DNA of 64,000 nucleotides, from NCBI RefSeq assembly GCF_009914755.1, contig NC_060938.1; one strand, 5' to 3'. The notes under the pieces were generated by a model, which worked only from the letters and a program-made list of their open reading frames with translations, ran no database searches and was not told the origin of the DNA. Within the stretch, counting starts at the first letter, position 1. Each line of letters opens with the position of its first letter. Positions 13,801 through 28,300 of this stretch are shown here, piece after piece. The translations under genes were made by a program, and so were the position numbers. Source of the DNA: the human T2T-CHM13v2.0 reference genome, Homo sapiens.

Positions 13801-14959
13801 TAGACAACAAAAGCAAAAATAGACAAATGGGATTGTATCAAACTAAAATACTTCCTCACAACAAAGGAAACAACAGAGTGAAGAAGTAATCTACAGAGTG
13901 GGAGAGAATATTTGCAAGCCAGAAATCTGATAAAGGGTTAATCTCCAAAATATATAAGGAAGTCAACTCAGTAGCAAGAAAATACTTGATTAGAAAATGG
14001 GCAAAGGACCTGAATAGACATTTCTCAAAAGAAGACATACGTATGGTATATGAAAATGTGCTAAACACCACTAATCATCAGAGAAATGCAAATTAAAATC
14101 ACAATGAGATATCATTTCACATCTGTTAGAATGGGTATTATCAAAAAGATGAGATAAGTGTTGATGAGGATATGGAGAAAAGGGAATCCTTGTATGCTGT
14201 TGGTGGGAATGTGAATTAGTACAGCCATTTTGGAGAACAGTATGGAAGTTCCTCAAATACTAAAAACAGAACTACCATATGATCCAGTAATCCCACTTCT
14301 GGGTCTATAACCTATAGCCCTATTCACAGTAGCTAAGATATGGAATCAACCTAAGTGTCCATCATTGGATGAATAGATAAAGAAAATGTGGTACATATGC
14401 ACCATGGAATACTTCAGCCTTAAAAAAGAAGGTAATTCTGTAATATGCAACAACGTGGATCAACCTGGAGGACATTATGCTAAGTGAAATAAGTCAGTCA
14501 CAGAAAGACAAATATGGCATGGTCTCACTTATATCTGGAATCTAAAAAAGTTGAACTTAGAGAAGTAAAGAGTAGAATGGTGGCTACCAGAGGCTGTGGG
14601 ATGGATGGTGGGTGGGGAAAGGGGAGCTGTATGGAGTTAATCAGGTAAACATTGGAGAATAGGCAGTATTTTTTATTATTTTGTTGCCTAAGGATATGAA
14701 ATTTCAATTAGACAGGAGGAATAAGTTTTTGAGGTCTATTGCACAGCATGGTGACCATAATTAATAATAATGTATTGTATATTTCAAAATTGCTAAAAGA
14801 GTAGATTTTCAATGTCCTTGCTACAAAAAAATAAGCATGTCAGGTGATGGATATGTTAATTAATTAGATAAAATAGTTCCACAGTGAATACATATATCAA
14901 AACATCACATTGTACCCCATAGATATATACAATTATTATTTGTCAACTGAAAAAAAAAG
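13801..14959 (+). mobile_element. 5'-truncated L1MA-type LINE (end of ORF2, 3'UTR, polyA) inserted in an L2 remnant
   Basis: acaacaaaagcaaaaatagacaaatggga...; 3'UTR ttagacaggaggaataag...ttgtcaactgaaaaaaaaa; possible degenerate TSD gaggccttagta / gagggctttgta. Confidence 0.85.
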
Positions 14960-15409
14960 AGGGCTTTGTAAACTGAGCTCTCAGTTAAGATTTTATCTTG
15001 TGGCTAAGAGGAGATACTAAAGAGTGAGAAATGACTTTTCAAGGGGCCATTACAGTAATTTGGATGAGAAATAATGAGGGCTTGGAGTAGATAGTCACAG
15101 TGGGGATAGATAAAGAGGATATTTTAGACATACAATATTCAAGTGGTTGATTTGATGTAGGAAGTGTGTTAGAGTAGGCAAAGATAAATTCAAATATTAT
15201 GACCTGACCCCATGCAGTTGTATGGTGTTAATCAGGTAAACCCGGGAGAATAGGCAGTATTTTCTATTATTTTGTTTTGTTGGGTGAAGCGTTTGCAGAA
15301 ATGAGAGATAAAGTGAAAACTTTAGTTTTAGACCTTTTAAGTTTTGTTAGAGTGTGGCTCCACCACTTAGTTGTATGGCATTGTTCGGTTTGTCATCATA
15401 TAAATAAAA

Positions 15410-15712
15410 CTTTTTTTTTTTTTTTTTTTGAGACGGAGTTTCGCTCTGTCGCCCAGGCTGGAGTGTAGTGGCACGATCTCGGCTCACTGCATCCTCCGCC
15501 TCCCGGGTTTAAGCAATTATCTGCCTCAGCCTCCCGAGTAGCTGGGATTACAGGCGCCCACCACCATGCCTGGCTAATTTTTTTTTTGTATTTTTAGTAG
15601 AAACGGGATTTCACCATCTTGGCCAGGCTGATCTTGAACTCCTGACCTTGTGATCCACCCACCTTGGCCTCCCAAAGTGCTGGGATTACAGGCGTGAGCC
15701 ACCGCACCCAGC
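15410..15712 (-). mobile_element. AluS-like SINE
   Basis: polyT, gagacggagtttcgctctgtcgccc...gtgagccaccgcacccagc; TSD aaaactt. Confidence 0.92.
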
Positions 15713-16987
15713 GAAAACTTCCTGTAAAAATCTTGTTTCAATAGCTTTCTATTTTGTGTTGTATTCATATTTTTAAAGATAGTTAGATGTCTGTGATATC
15801 TGTATTATTTGTGTTAATCAGAAGTATAAAATGTTAATTTAATGGACATTTACTAAGTACCAGACTGAGCTGTACACACATTATCTCATAATTTTTGAAA
15901 CTCTAAGAGACAGGCATTTTTATTCCTATTTTGCATCTGGAGAAGAGGCACAGAGAGCTTAAGTATTGTGCCCAAGACTGCATTGCTAGTAAAGAATGGA
16001 GCCAAATTGTAAATATAGGATTTTCTTACTTTCTGAGTCTAGAACATGGAGTTCTATGGAATTATTAGAGGTGAGAGAAAAAAAGTAGTTTGGGGCCATA
16101 TTTTGAAGGATATTAAAGACATTTGAACTCGATCTTATAGGTAGAAGGGTGCTGTTGAAGATAAACGTTTAAATCTGGAGTAAGAAAACTAGAATTATTA
16201 GGGTGCCTCAGAGGGTCAGTGTTTGAGGATTCATAAATTGGAGATTGAAGTAATTTTGTTGTATAAATTTCATTATGAATCTTTTGAATATGAATATAAA
16301 AATGAAAACATTATAATTTTAATAATAGCATCAAACATTTTCAATAGAAGGGGCACACATGAAGATGGACTTTCTTATGGCATTAACAATAGACTCTTTT
16401 CTGTGGTTATGACAATCTATACATAAAATTCTTGTTCCTTATGGCTCCAGAGATTATCTCAAAGGTTTATTCTTAGTTTCATAATGAACAGATTATTCTT
16501 TTGGTGCAAAACAGATTATTCTTTTGGTGCAGAGAATACTTATCTTAAAAGGGTGAGAAAGTCCTAAGGGCTTTAATTATAAATTCTGGATGTCAAAAAG
16601 ACTTCAAAATTGTACGTGAATAACATTAAATCTTTCAGAAAATACAATAGGCTTTTTGTTTGCTTTTAATACTTGACTAAAGGCAGGTCAACATCTAAGC
16701 TAAACCAGTAAACAGATAAAGGGTCAAATGATTGTTATAGCAAATTAGCTTCTATTCCTTTTTCTTCACGGCTATTGTACCAACCTGATTCATTGGGTAT
16801 GAATGAGACCTGCTTCATCTGAAAACTTTTAAAATAGTAATTCACTTTTATGGTTCTTTTCTTACTTTTTAAAGGAAGAGACTTGTATTATCTGATTATG
16901 ATTTGCATTTATTATTGCTGTTACCTTTGCTTCTAAATTAAAATCTGAAACAAATTATTTTACTTTTTTTGGAATTCATAAAGTTTT

Positions 16988-17264
<277 letters not shown>

Positions 17265-17688
17265 AGAACTCATAAAGTTTTTGATAAGCATAAAAGAAAT
17301 TGCTTATATAAAAACAGATTAATTTCACTTAGGATTTAAGTTTGCCTATTTCTGGGCTCTATTTAATGGAAAAGTTAAAATCAGTAGTAAACTGTCTAGT
17401 TTGCTAATAAACAGTGTTTTTTAAACTGTTTTGAACATACTAGTAGAGCTCTACATGGGATATCAATTTGACCGCTTACTTTTCAGTAGATTCATACCAT
17501 AAGAAACCAAGATAATTTAGTCCTGTCCTTTTGAACCTTCCTCCTTTGCCATGTTCAAATCAGTAATTATAAAGGTTATTTTAGTTAAATCTATAATTAT
17601 AAAAGTAATTATAAATGTTGGGTATTAGTTTATTTTTTCTCTCATGATAATTCAACAAGTATTTCTTGAGCCCTTACCAGATGAGAAG

Positions 17689-18552
17689 TTTTTTCTTTTT
17701 TTCTTTTTTTTTAAAAGTAGACTTTTTTTTAGTGAAGTTTCAGATTCACAGCAAAATTGAGCAAAAAGTATAGAGAATTCCTATATATCTCTTCCCTCTA
17801 CATGTGCACAGTGCACAGCCTCCCCCATTATTAACATCCTGCACCAGAGTGGTACATTGTTACAATCAATGAACCTACATTGAGATATCATTATCACACG
17901 AAGTCTGTAGTTTACACTAGGATTCATTTTTGGTGCTGTATACCCTATGAGTTTTGACAAACGTATAATAATGTGTATCTACCATTATATCATACAGAGT
18001 CATTTTAACTGTCCTAAAAATCCTTTGTGTTTTTCTGTGTGTTTATTCCTCCCTACCCCAACCCCTGACAAACACTGTTCTTTTTAGTTTTTATAGTTTT
18101 GACTTTTCCAGAATGTTATATAGTTGGAATCATACAGTATGTAGCCTTTTCAGATTGGCTTCTTTCACTTAGCAATATGCATTTAAAGCTCCTCTGTGTC
18201 TTGGCTTTATAGCTGATTTCTTTTTAGTGCTGAATAATATTACATTTTTTTAAATCTGCTGAAGGATGTCTTGGTTGCTTCCAAGTTTTGGCAATGATTA
18301 ATAAAGCTGCTGTTACCATTCATGTGTGGGTTTTTGTGTGAACATGTGTTTTCAATTCATTTGGATAAATACCTAGGTGCTTGATTGCCAGATTATATGA
18401 TAGAGTATGTTTAGTTTTGTTAGAAACTAGGAAGCTGTCTTCCAAAGTGGCTATACCATTTCACATTCCCACCAGCAAGGAATGAGAGTCCCTGTTGCTC
18501 CAGATCTGCACCAGCATTTTATGTTGTCATTGGAGTTTTGCCATTCTAATAG
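17689..18552 (-). mobile_element. L1MC-type LINE 3' end, within an L2 remnant
   Basis: tagactttttt...cagattcacagcaaaattgagc...catacagtatgtagccttttcagattggcttctttcacttagc. Confidence 0.8.
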
Positions 18553-19020
18553 GAGTGCCTTAGAAGTAGTGGAAGTGATAATAAAGATGAATCAGACCTA
18601 GAAACTGCCCTCAAGGAACATTCTAATAGGTCAGACAAGATGTGCACATTGAAAATAATTATACAGGGTAGGAAGTGGGTAAATGCCAGCAGAGCGATAT
18701 TAGACAATGTATTGTAAGCATTCAGGGATGGAGAGATTGTAACTGCAAAGTGTCTCATAAGGAGGAGCTGGTCATTAAAATGGGTATAGAAGGGTGAGTC
18801 ATATGTGGATATTCACTGTTGTTCTGGGTTGAGGTTGGTACTGAGATGAGCCCTATGGGTAGGGAACAGTTTAATCACAGGTATGGAAATGGGAAAGTGT
18901 AGGGGCATACAAATGCAGAGGACTGCTAGGTAGCAGTGGTTTTCAGGCATTGAGAGAAATGACACAACTAGTTTTGTAGGCATTGTAGATAAAAGTTCAG
19001 GTTTGGAATCAGATAGCCTA

Positions 19021-19216
<196 letters not shown>

Positions 19217-20767
19217 TGGATCTGGTAGATGTTGAGGATGGTGAGAGTTGTGAAAGATCATTGGATTTGGTTGCTTAGAGGATGGCCTATTAAATACAAG
19301 AGGTAGATTGTGAGTGGTTGGTAAAGATAGTGGAATCACCATTTTAACTAAGGATCAGAGGTAACTTTTTGAGAGTGCTGCTTGTCTGGAGCCTCCCTCT
19401 GACTGTTTTGTGTCAGGACTAGAGTGTGATTTATGAAGATTGTCCCACATTGCATCCTAGCCAGATTCCCTGACTTATTTTCTTTCCCACTTTATGTTAA
19501 AAAACTGGAGAAGTTGCTAGAGGATAATTGCTTCTCATTTTCTCTCAATTCTTCCAGATTTAAAATTGCGTATGATAAAACTGAATAGACTTTTGCCTTT
19601 ATACCTAAATGAGCCTGGATTTTCAACAGTGATTATGACAAATTGATGTTCTGAAATAAGTTGGCCTTTTGAGAAGAAAAAAATGAAATTATAGATCAAA
19701 CTGGTCATTTGAGTCTGTTTGATGGCTTTACTCAACAAAACAAGCAACTCTGTGTTGGTCCTCCGGTGTTACTTTTCAACTCTTATAAGCTATTAAAGGA
19801 AAGAGTGAGATGGGGAAGCAATCTGTAGAAACCCAAGGGATAGAGCAGAGTTATTTAGGGTAGATCCGTCTTGTTTGTAGGGCAAGAAGCAGGAAGCAGT
19901 GGTAAGTAATTGGAGAAGGGGTGGAAGGGCTAATAATGGATGTAGAAAGATTACAAGGGAAGCTAAAGGAGGCTTGAATTGAATTATGGAACAGGAGAGT
20001 CTTACTGATATGGATTCCTCCATATGAGTTTATATATAGCAAGAAGGTCTTTTTTTAATTGTTCAGAGTATTATAGTAACTTTGATTTACATATGGAAAA
20101 TTAGAAGGGAATATGGCATTCATAATTCAAATTATTTTGAGTTGGAATTATAAAAAGAGAGTTGTAATTTACAGAAAATTTAGTAGTATCTAAACATGTC
20201 TCAGTGGTTCTCTTAAGAAATTCTTTTACTTTAAGTTTTGGTGCCAGTTTATCCTTTATTTTTCTTCTTAAGTTCCAACTCCTTTATTTCATACGTTTCT
20301 AGAGCTAGACTACAAGGGAAGTAATTCAAGCCTGTGTCTACTCATGTTGGAGACAATTGGAATGGGGATAAAACCTGTTTTTTGTTTGATATAAATTATA
20401 AAAATATATGATTTTTTAACTCTTTTTTTAAAATTCTGATTCTTGTAGTAGATTCCAGACTTACTCTTTATATTAAAAAAATTTAAACAATTTTTTTATG
20501 CTTTTAAAGCTAGAGAGGGGACTATAAAAATCAGATCTAAGCACATATCTTAGGTTTTCTGGAGTGATCCTGACATTTAGGTATTTTGTGCGAGTCAGAC
20601 AGTCTGTCCTTGTGTTTGGCTTGGAAAACATGTTTGCCGTAACTAGAGCTAGTCTCTAAAATAGGTAGCTGATTAAAAGGTCACAAATAGAGCTATAAAG
20701 AATGACAACCTAACAAATGAGTCACTGTGGTATTTGTTTTTTATTGTCTACTCAAGATTTATATTAA

Positions 20768-20917
<150 letters not shown>

Positions 20918-22007
20918 TAAGTATTTTCTTCTTATTTTGTCTTAGAAACAAATGTTTCCACATGATACTTTAAAAAGCCATCTTCCTTTAAACCAGTTAC
21001 ATTTATAGAAAATTTAGCTGAAATTTAGACCAGAAATATGAATATATGCTGTATAGGTATGTAGGTAGGCAGGCACACATTACTGTAGCAAAAACCACTT
21101 TGACAGCATTATGTTAGACTGTGCTTTCTTAAGGAAGTGGATCCGTAAGATAGGTGATTGTTAACGCTAGTTTTATCTGCCTGTATAATCTTCTGGTAAG
21201 TGAGCATTTGGACAGTGGTCACAAAACACTGGAGGCTCATTTTTATCCTTGGACATTAATTTCTCTAAAGGAGAGAGAAAACCCAGACAGACGGTGATGG
21301 AGCTACCAAGAGGGAGATAAAACAAAAACACTATTTATTAGAAACTAAAATGAATTCATGATTAGATCAGAGGAACACATTTGTAAACTAAGGTTAACTT
21401 TGGTTTCTCAATTAGTTACCTTTTTTGGTTTACCGAAAGAGTAACATTGCTAGATATAAATATGATTTTGGTTTGTTTTAGTTGATCTCATGTTGAAGTT
21501 TGTTTTGAAAATATCTCAGGAGTCATTATTATTATATGTATTAGAATGTATTCTATAAAGAAAAAATTGTATGCATGCAAAGGAGCAATTGTCTAATTTA
21601 TACACTTTAGCTATCATTTCTATAGTACAGTTTGGCTTTCTAGTTGTAGGGGAAAGCAGAGGTAATTACGTTTGAGATACTTTATCAGGATTTTGTAATA
21701 ATCAGTGAAAAGGATACAAGTATATTTGGATCACATAGCTTATATTTTCATTTTGTATTTAGAAGAGACTTCCTCCTTGTAGTCTTATAGTGTTTTATAT
21801 CAGCATTTCTTTCCTGCTGTAAAACTCTCAATGAATTGATACTACATTTTCATTCCATTCATAGCTAGCCTAGCTTTCTTTTAAAAGTATCTTATTTCTG
21901 AGAGCATCAGTATGTCATTAATGTTACTCTCTTTGCCTAGTAACCTTCTCTGGGAACATCAGAAGATACATGCAAAATAGGTATGCGTAGGTAAAATGTT
22001 TCATTAA

Positions 22008-23610
22008 CCCCAGGTGTTGGTATTACAGATGTGAGCCACCACTTTTATCATGAAAGGGCGTTACATTTTATCAAAGCCTTTTCCTGCATGTATTGATATG
22101 ATTATGTGATTTTAATTCTTTATTTTGTTAATGTATATTAATTGATTTTGTATGTCAAACCATCTTTCCATCCCAAGGATAATTCCTGCTTGGTTATGTT
22201 GTATGATCCTTTTAATGTGCAGTTGGATTCAGTTTATAAGTATTTTGTTGAGAATTTTTGCATTTTTGTTCATCAGGGATATTGGCTCACAGTTTTCTTT
22301 CCTTGTGGTACCTTTGTCTGGTTTTAGTATCAGGGTAATAATGCTGGCTTCATAAAATGAGTTTGGAAGTGTCTCCCTCTTCAATTTTTTAGAAAGGTTT
22401 GAGAAGGATTGATATTAATTCTTCTTTAAATGTTTGGCAGAATTCACCACTGCCGCTTTTTCTCTGTTAGGAGGTGTGATTACTGATTCAGTGTCCATAC
22501 TAGTTCTAGGTCTTTTCAGATTTCCTGTTTCTTCATAATTTGGTCTTGGTAGGTTGTATGTTTCTAGGAATTTGTCCATTTCTTCTAGATTAACTGAAGC
22601 GTAATATAATTAAGTGTTGGTGTATAATTGTTCATAGTAGTCTCTTATGATCCTTTTATTTCTGTGGCATCAGTTGTAATGTCTCCTCTTTCATTTCTGA
22701 TTTTGAGTCTTCTCTCTCTTTCATAGTCTTGCAAAGAGTTTGTCAATTTTATATTTTGAAAAAACTTAATTTTGTTAATTTTTTCTGTTCTTTTTCTGTT
22801 TTCTATTTCATTTATTTTTGCTCTAATGTTTGTTATTTATTTTAATCCTTTGTTCTGCTTACTTTGAGCTCAGTTTGTTATTAAATTTCTAGCTCCTTGA
22901 GATGTAAAGCCAGGTTGTTATTTGAGATCTTTCTTCTCTTTTAAAGTAGGTGTTTATCACAAGAAACTTCCTTCTTAGTACTGCTTTTTTGTATCCCTCA
23001 AGTTTTGGTATGCTATGTTTTTGTTTTTGTTTGTCCTGAGGTATTTTCTAATTTCCTTTTTGATTTCTTCTTTGACCCAATGATTATTTGAGTGTATTGT
23101 TTAATTTTCACATATGTGCATATTTGTGAATTTTCCAGTTTTCCTTCTGCTATTGATTCCTGGTTTTATTCCATTGTGGTCAGGAAAGATACTTGGTATG
23201 ATTTCAGTCTTCTTAAATTTGTTAAGACTTGTTTTGTGACCTAACTTGTGACCTATCCTGTAGAAAGTTCTGTGTGTGCTTGGGAAGATCGTGTATTCCG
23301 CTGCTGTTGAGTAGAATGTTCTGTATATTTCTGTTAGTTGTTATAACAGAAATATACAGAATTATAAAGTTGTTTAAGACTCCTATTTCCTTACTGATCT
23401 TCTTTCTGAAAGTTCCATCCATTACTGAATGTGAGTTAAGTCTCCTACTGTTACTATATTGCTGTCTATCTCTCCCTTCAGTTGTCAATGTTTGCTTTAC
23501 ATATTTAGTTGTTTATAATTGTTATATCTTTCTATATGTTGATCCTTTCATCATTATATAATGTTCTTTGTCTCTTTTGACAGTTTTTTAATTAAAGTCT
23601 ATTTTGTCTC
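22008..23610 (-). mobile_element. Old L1M ORF2 fragment, with a ~35 nt Alu 5'-end remnant at its left edge
   Basis: ttttatcatgaaaggg...ttcatcagggatattggc...gtcaggaaagatacttggtatgatttc; Alu remnant ggtattacagatgtgagccacc. Confidence 0.8.
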
Positions 23611-23740
23611 TTATTATGCTCTTTGTTTCAGTGAATGGTGCCAGCATTCATCCAAGTGTTCAATCCATATTTGGTCAGTCTTTATATTCTGTTGATGATC
23701 ACTCCTTATCATTTTTAAGCCTCATCCCCACTCTAATTAG

Positions 23741-24073
<333 letters not shown>

Positions 24074-24465
24074 TAGGGCTCTTATTTCTTATCTGGGTTA
24101 TTTGAATATACTTCTAACTAGTCCTCCTATTGTCAGTCTTGAACCCAATTGATCTTTATGTATACCTTACTGCCTCTAGTCATCTTTCTAAACTCATCCC
24201 TCAAATTCCCTTAATATGTTCCCAGTGGCCTTAGTATAGCAAAATTCCACTAGTATGGTATAACAGAATAGTTGTTTTATTTAATAGTAACGTGTCTACA
24301 TGAAATAAAGTAAATTCTATTTTCTTCAATATGGAATTGCTACATTATTAAATAATAAGTGACTAGTGTGTTTTATGCTTCCAATAAAGAAAGTATTAGA
24401 GTGTGGTATATGATTGCTCTTGGCTCCTAAATTTATTCCACGCCATATATAAATTTTTGTTTTAG

Positions 24466-24684
<219 letters not shown>

Positions 24685-24744
24685 TAAAGGGCTTTTCCAC
24701 AGTGTTTGTAATCTGGTTCACCTTTAGTTTTGTTGGTTATGTAT

Positions 24745-26129
24745 TGATATCAGTGTATTTATTGCTGAATAAGAGGTTGCCCTCCATCCACACTGAACAA
24801 TATGTTTTTATGCTCACAATTCTGTGGGTTAGGAATTTAAGTGGTTCTTTTGGGCTTTTCTGCTTCCCTAATGTATTCTCAGGACACCTCTCCATGTGGT
24901 TTTGATAGCGACAGGAGGCAGCCAAATGCCTAGGCAGATAGGGACGGGTACCCAGAGAAACCCCATCTCCATGTTGAAGACAGTTTAAAACCTGAAAGCC
25001 AAGCTACAAGTTAAATCCTTGGACCAGATTGAGAACTTGTCCTCCTGTTTGGTGTGCTTTCCTCTGATTGATCCCCACTCTTCACCTATTTTATGTATAT
25101 CTACCCTTTCCTAATTGGTTTTCTACACTGTCATGCCCATCTTTGAGTAGTGTCTTCACTTCAACCTTTTTTGCTTACTCATAAGCTAATTCAGCACATT
25201 CTCCTCATCCTGTGCCTATAAAGACCCCAGACTCAGTAAGTAGAGGAAGAGACAACCTGACTTCGGGGAAGACGACTTGCTCTTCCTGTCCCCTCTCCAG
25301 CTCCCCTCTCTGCTAAGAGCTGTTTTCATCGCTCAATAAAATTATCACCTTCGCCATCTTTTAACCATCCCTGTGACCTCATTCTTCTTGGATGCCAGAC
25401 AAGAGCTTGGGACCCACCAAGTGTGGGTACCCAGAAAGGCTGTCACACTGGCACTTTGCCCTTCCTGGTGGAGAGCAGCTGCCCTAGGTGACAAGGCCAG
25501 AAGCCAACTGAGCTGCCAACACACTGTTGTCTGATGGCAGAACTAAAGGAGCACTGTAACACTTCCCCTGGGGCTTTGGGGTTGTGGGCCCCCTCACCTG
25601 GGCACTGCCATGTTCCCCTTGAGGCAACATGCCTGGTCTGGCTGTGGGCCCCACGTAGAGTTTGCTTCTGTGTCCGTGCCTGGGGCGGATGGCTGGGTCC
25701 TGCACTTGCTTGCTTGTGTCTGGTCTGACTGCGGGCCCCATGCAAAACTTGTTCCTGTATTGGTGCTTGGAGCAGCTGGCTAGATCTGCGCTGACTCACC
25801 CACGTGCTCCCTCCCACATAGAATTGAGTGCAGTGGGTCTAGTAGAGGGGAGTCCTTACCGTGAATCTAGTGAAGGGGCTGACTACATCAGAAACTGCAT
25901 CAATTTCTGTAACAGTGTGATTGTACTTCTCACATGTTGGCTCAGGGTTACAAGAGAGAATATCCCAAGAATAAGGAGGTAGAAGATGCTAACATTTTAG
26001 GGCTTGGGCTAGGAAACTGGCACAGCACTGATTCCACCATATTAGTAAAAGAGCCCACTCAGTTACAAAGGGAATGGATATAGATCTCACCTCCTAATGG
26101 GAGTGTGATGGCCATCTTTAGTCCACACA
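24745..26129 (-). mobile_element. MLT1-type (ERVL-MaLR) LTR split by a younger LTR
   Basis: atgctcacaattctgtgggttaggaattt...ctctccatgtgg | ...cttctcacatgttggctcaggg...ggaaactggcacagc...atggccatcttt...caca. Confidence 0.6.
24903..25902 (+). mobile_element. Solo ERV1 LTR (~1.0 kb, LTR27/LTR28-like), sense to MNAT1
   Basis: Termini TGATAGCGACAGGAGGCAGCCAAATGCC...GCATCA; TATAAA 25217-25222; AATAAA 25335-25340; near-TSD gttt/attt. Confidence 0.8.
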
Positions 26130-27608
26130 GTATGTACTGGGGAAAACTATGTTTTTCTAGAATTTGGCATAATATAAATTCATTTGGGATACTCAGTCTC
26201 TATCCCAATGTGAGTTTAGTGATAAGAATTATGAAAATGACTTTCATTTTCATATTGTAGTTTGTCTTACCCTTATGCCTATTTATTTATATCATGCCAA
26301 CTACTATGAAGGATTTAAAGTGATTTCCTAGATAAGAGTATTGTTTGTGGACATGGCACTACTTACTTTGTGTAACTCTAAGAACGATGTTAAAATGAGG
26401 TTCTAGTATATTTTACTTCTATATTTTTAAAAAGATTTTTGTTTAATATCCATTTTATTTTCAGATGAGAGAGTGACATTATAACTGAGATGAGCCAGTA
26501 TATTCTTGATAGATTGTTTATATGGCTTTAAGCTAACTGACTAAAATACATTGTTTCTGAAGCACTTTTCTCCTGATTAATACTATTTTTCTAATAATGA
26601 GCTCATTTTGGCTCCATGCTGAAGTTTATATTGACTGTTTACTTTGTGACAATATATTTTATATTTTTGCATAAAAAAATAGTGTATTTTTGCTTGAAAG
26701 AAATAGCGGGGTTTTTGCAAATTATTGTTTTCCAGCAATTAGCTTCCTAGGTAGTCAACCTTGTTAGATAATGACAGTAATAATAACTAAGGTTTATGAA
26801 GTGTTTCATGGATTTATTACTATATTATTTGATACTTATAACCCTGTATGATATTGATGACTTCACAAACCGGAAAATCTTCCTCTCCAGGAAAGTCTTT
26901 TTGCATTCTTCTCTTTCCCTTTATGTTCATATAATTTATTTCCCTGAGGCTTTTGTGTTTGTGTGTGTGTGTGTGTATGCAGTGTTAATACACTTAACTT
27001 TCTTGTCTAGTTGATAATGCTATTATCCTATGATTGGGGAAAATATGTATATATGTGTTCTTCTACTGTGCTTTTGCCAAAAAAGCATTTAAGTCAGTTA
27101 ACCAGGAGTAAAAAAAGAGAAAGCAAGATTACTTAAATTATAAGGAGGTGAGAAACTAAAGGAAAAATAAGGGTAAGGGCATTCATGAGGCTTAGATAGA
27201 AAACACTGTCATAAAACTCTATTTTCTATGACTGGAATGTGAATTTGGCTCTAAAAATGAGGACACCAGCATATTAAATAGAATAATGACGCCTTCCCTA
27301 GCAACTTTCATTAGTTCTTTCTTGAAACTATTAAGTGGCAGGTATGGCTTTAACAGTGAAATGACATGTTGTATTTTATATTTTTGTAGCTGTTTGGTGA
27401 GAAATTAAAAACTTTAAAAATGAATTAGTAAATTGATGTTACTAATTATTAGTATATAGTTACTAATTATAATTGTTTTATTGAAAGATTCTTCCCCTTA
27501 TCATTTTATACAAAGAGTTACAGGCTCTTTTTTGGATAATGCTTCTCTTCTATATAATTAATTGAATTAATCCCAAATATAGAACTTTGATAGAAAATAT
27601 GCTTTTAA

Positions 27609-27993
<385 letters not shown>

Positions 27994-28029
27994 GCATATT
28001 CTTTTAGTCTTTAAAGTACTGTTTTGCTG

Positions 28030-28300
28030 CCTCATTGAGCTGCTATTGACATGAAGCTCCCCTTTGATTCAGTGAGGCATGAAGCAAGATGTGAAACTAC
28101 CATTGTTGTACATTGTGTGTAATCTGGAGTTAATATTGATTTTTGTGAGTTCTTTCTCCCACTTCCTGTTTTCTTCACCTGCAAGTCATTACTGCACATA
28201 CTTTCCTCAGTGTTTAGATCATATAACATGATGATTAAATAATTCTTAGTAATTTACTGTATTCATTAGTGCAATTAATTACAACAGATTGGTTTAGAAT
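28030..28300. promoter_or_regulatory. Candidate enhancer: cluster of transcription-factor motifs in non-repetitive intron 5
   Basis: TGACAT 28047, CCTTTGAT (TCF/LEF) 28061, CATTGT twice (SOX) at 28101 and 28111, ACTTCCTG (ETS) 28161, several TAAT/ATTA; no recognisable TE. Function is inferred. Confidence 0.35.

Noticed and set aside
25443-25982. ORFs of 64-124 aa
   Set aside because: They lie within the GC-rich part of the solo LTR and show no protein-family signature.
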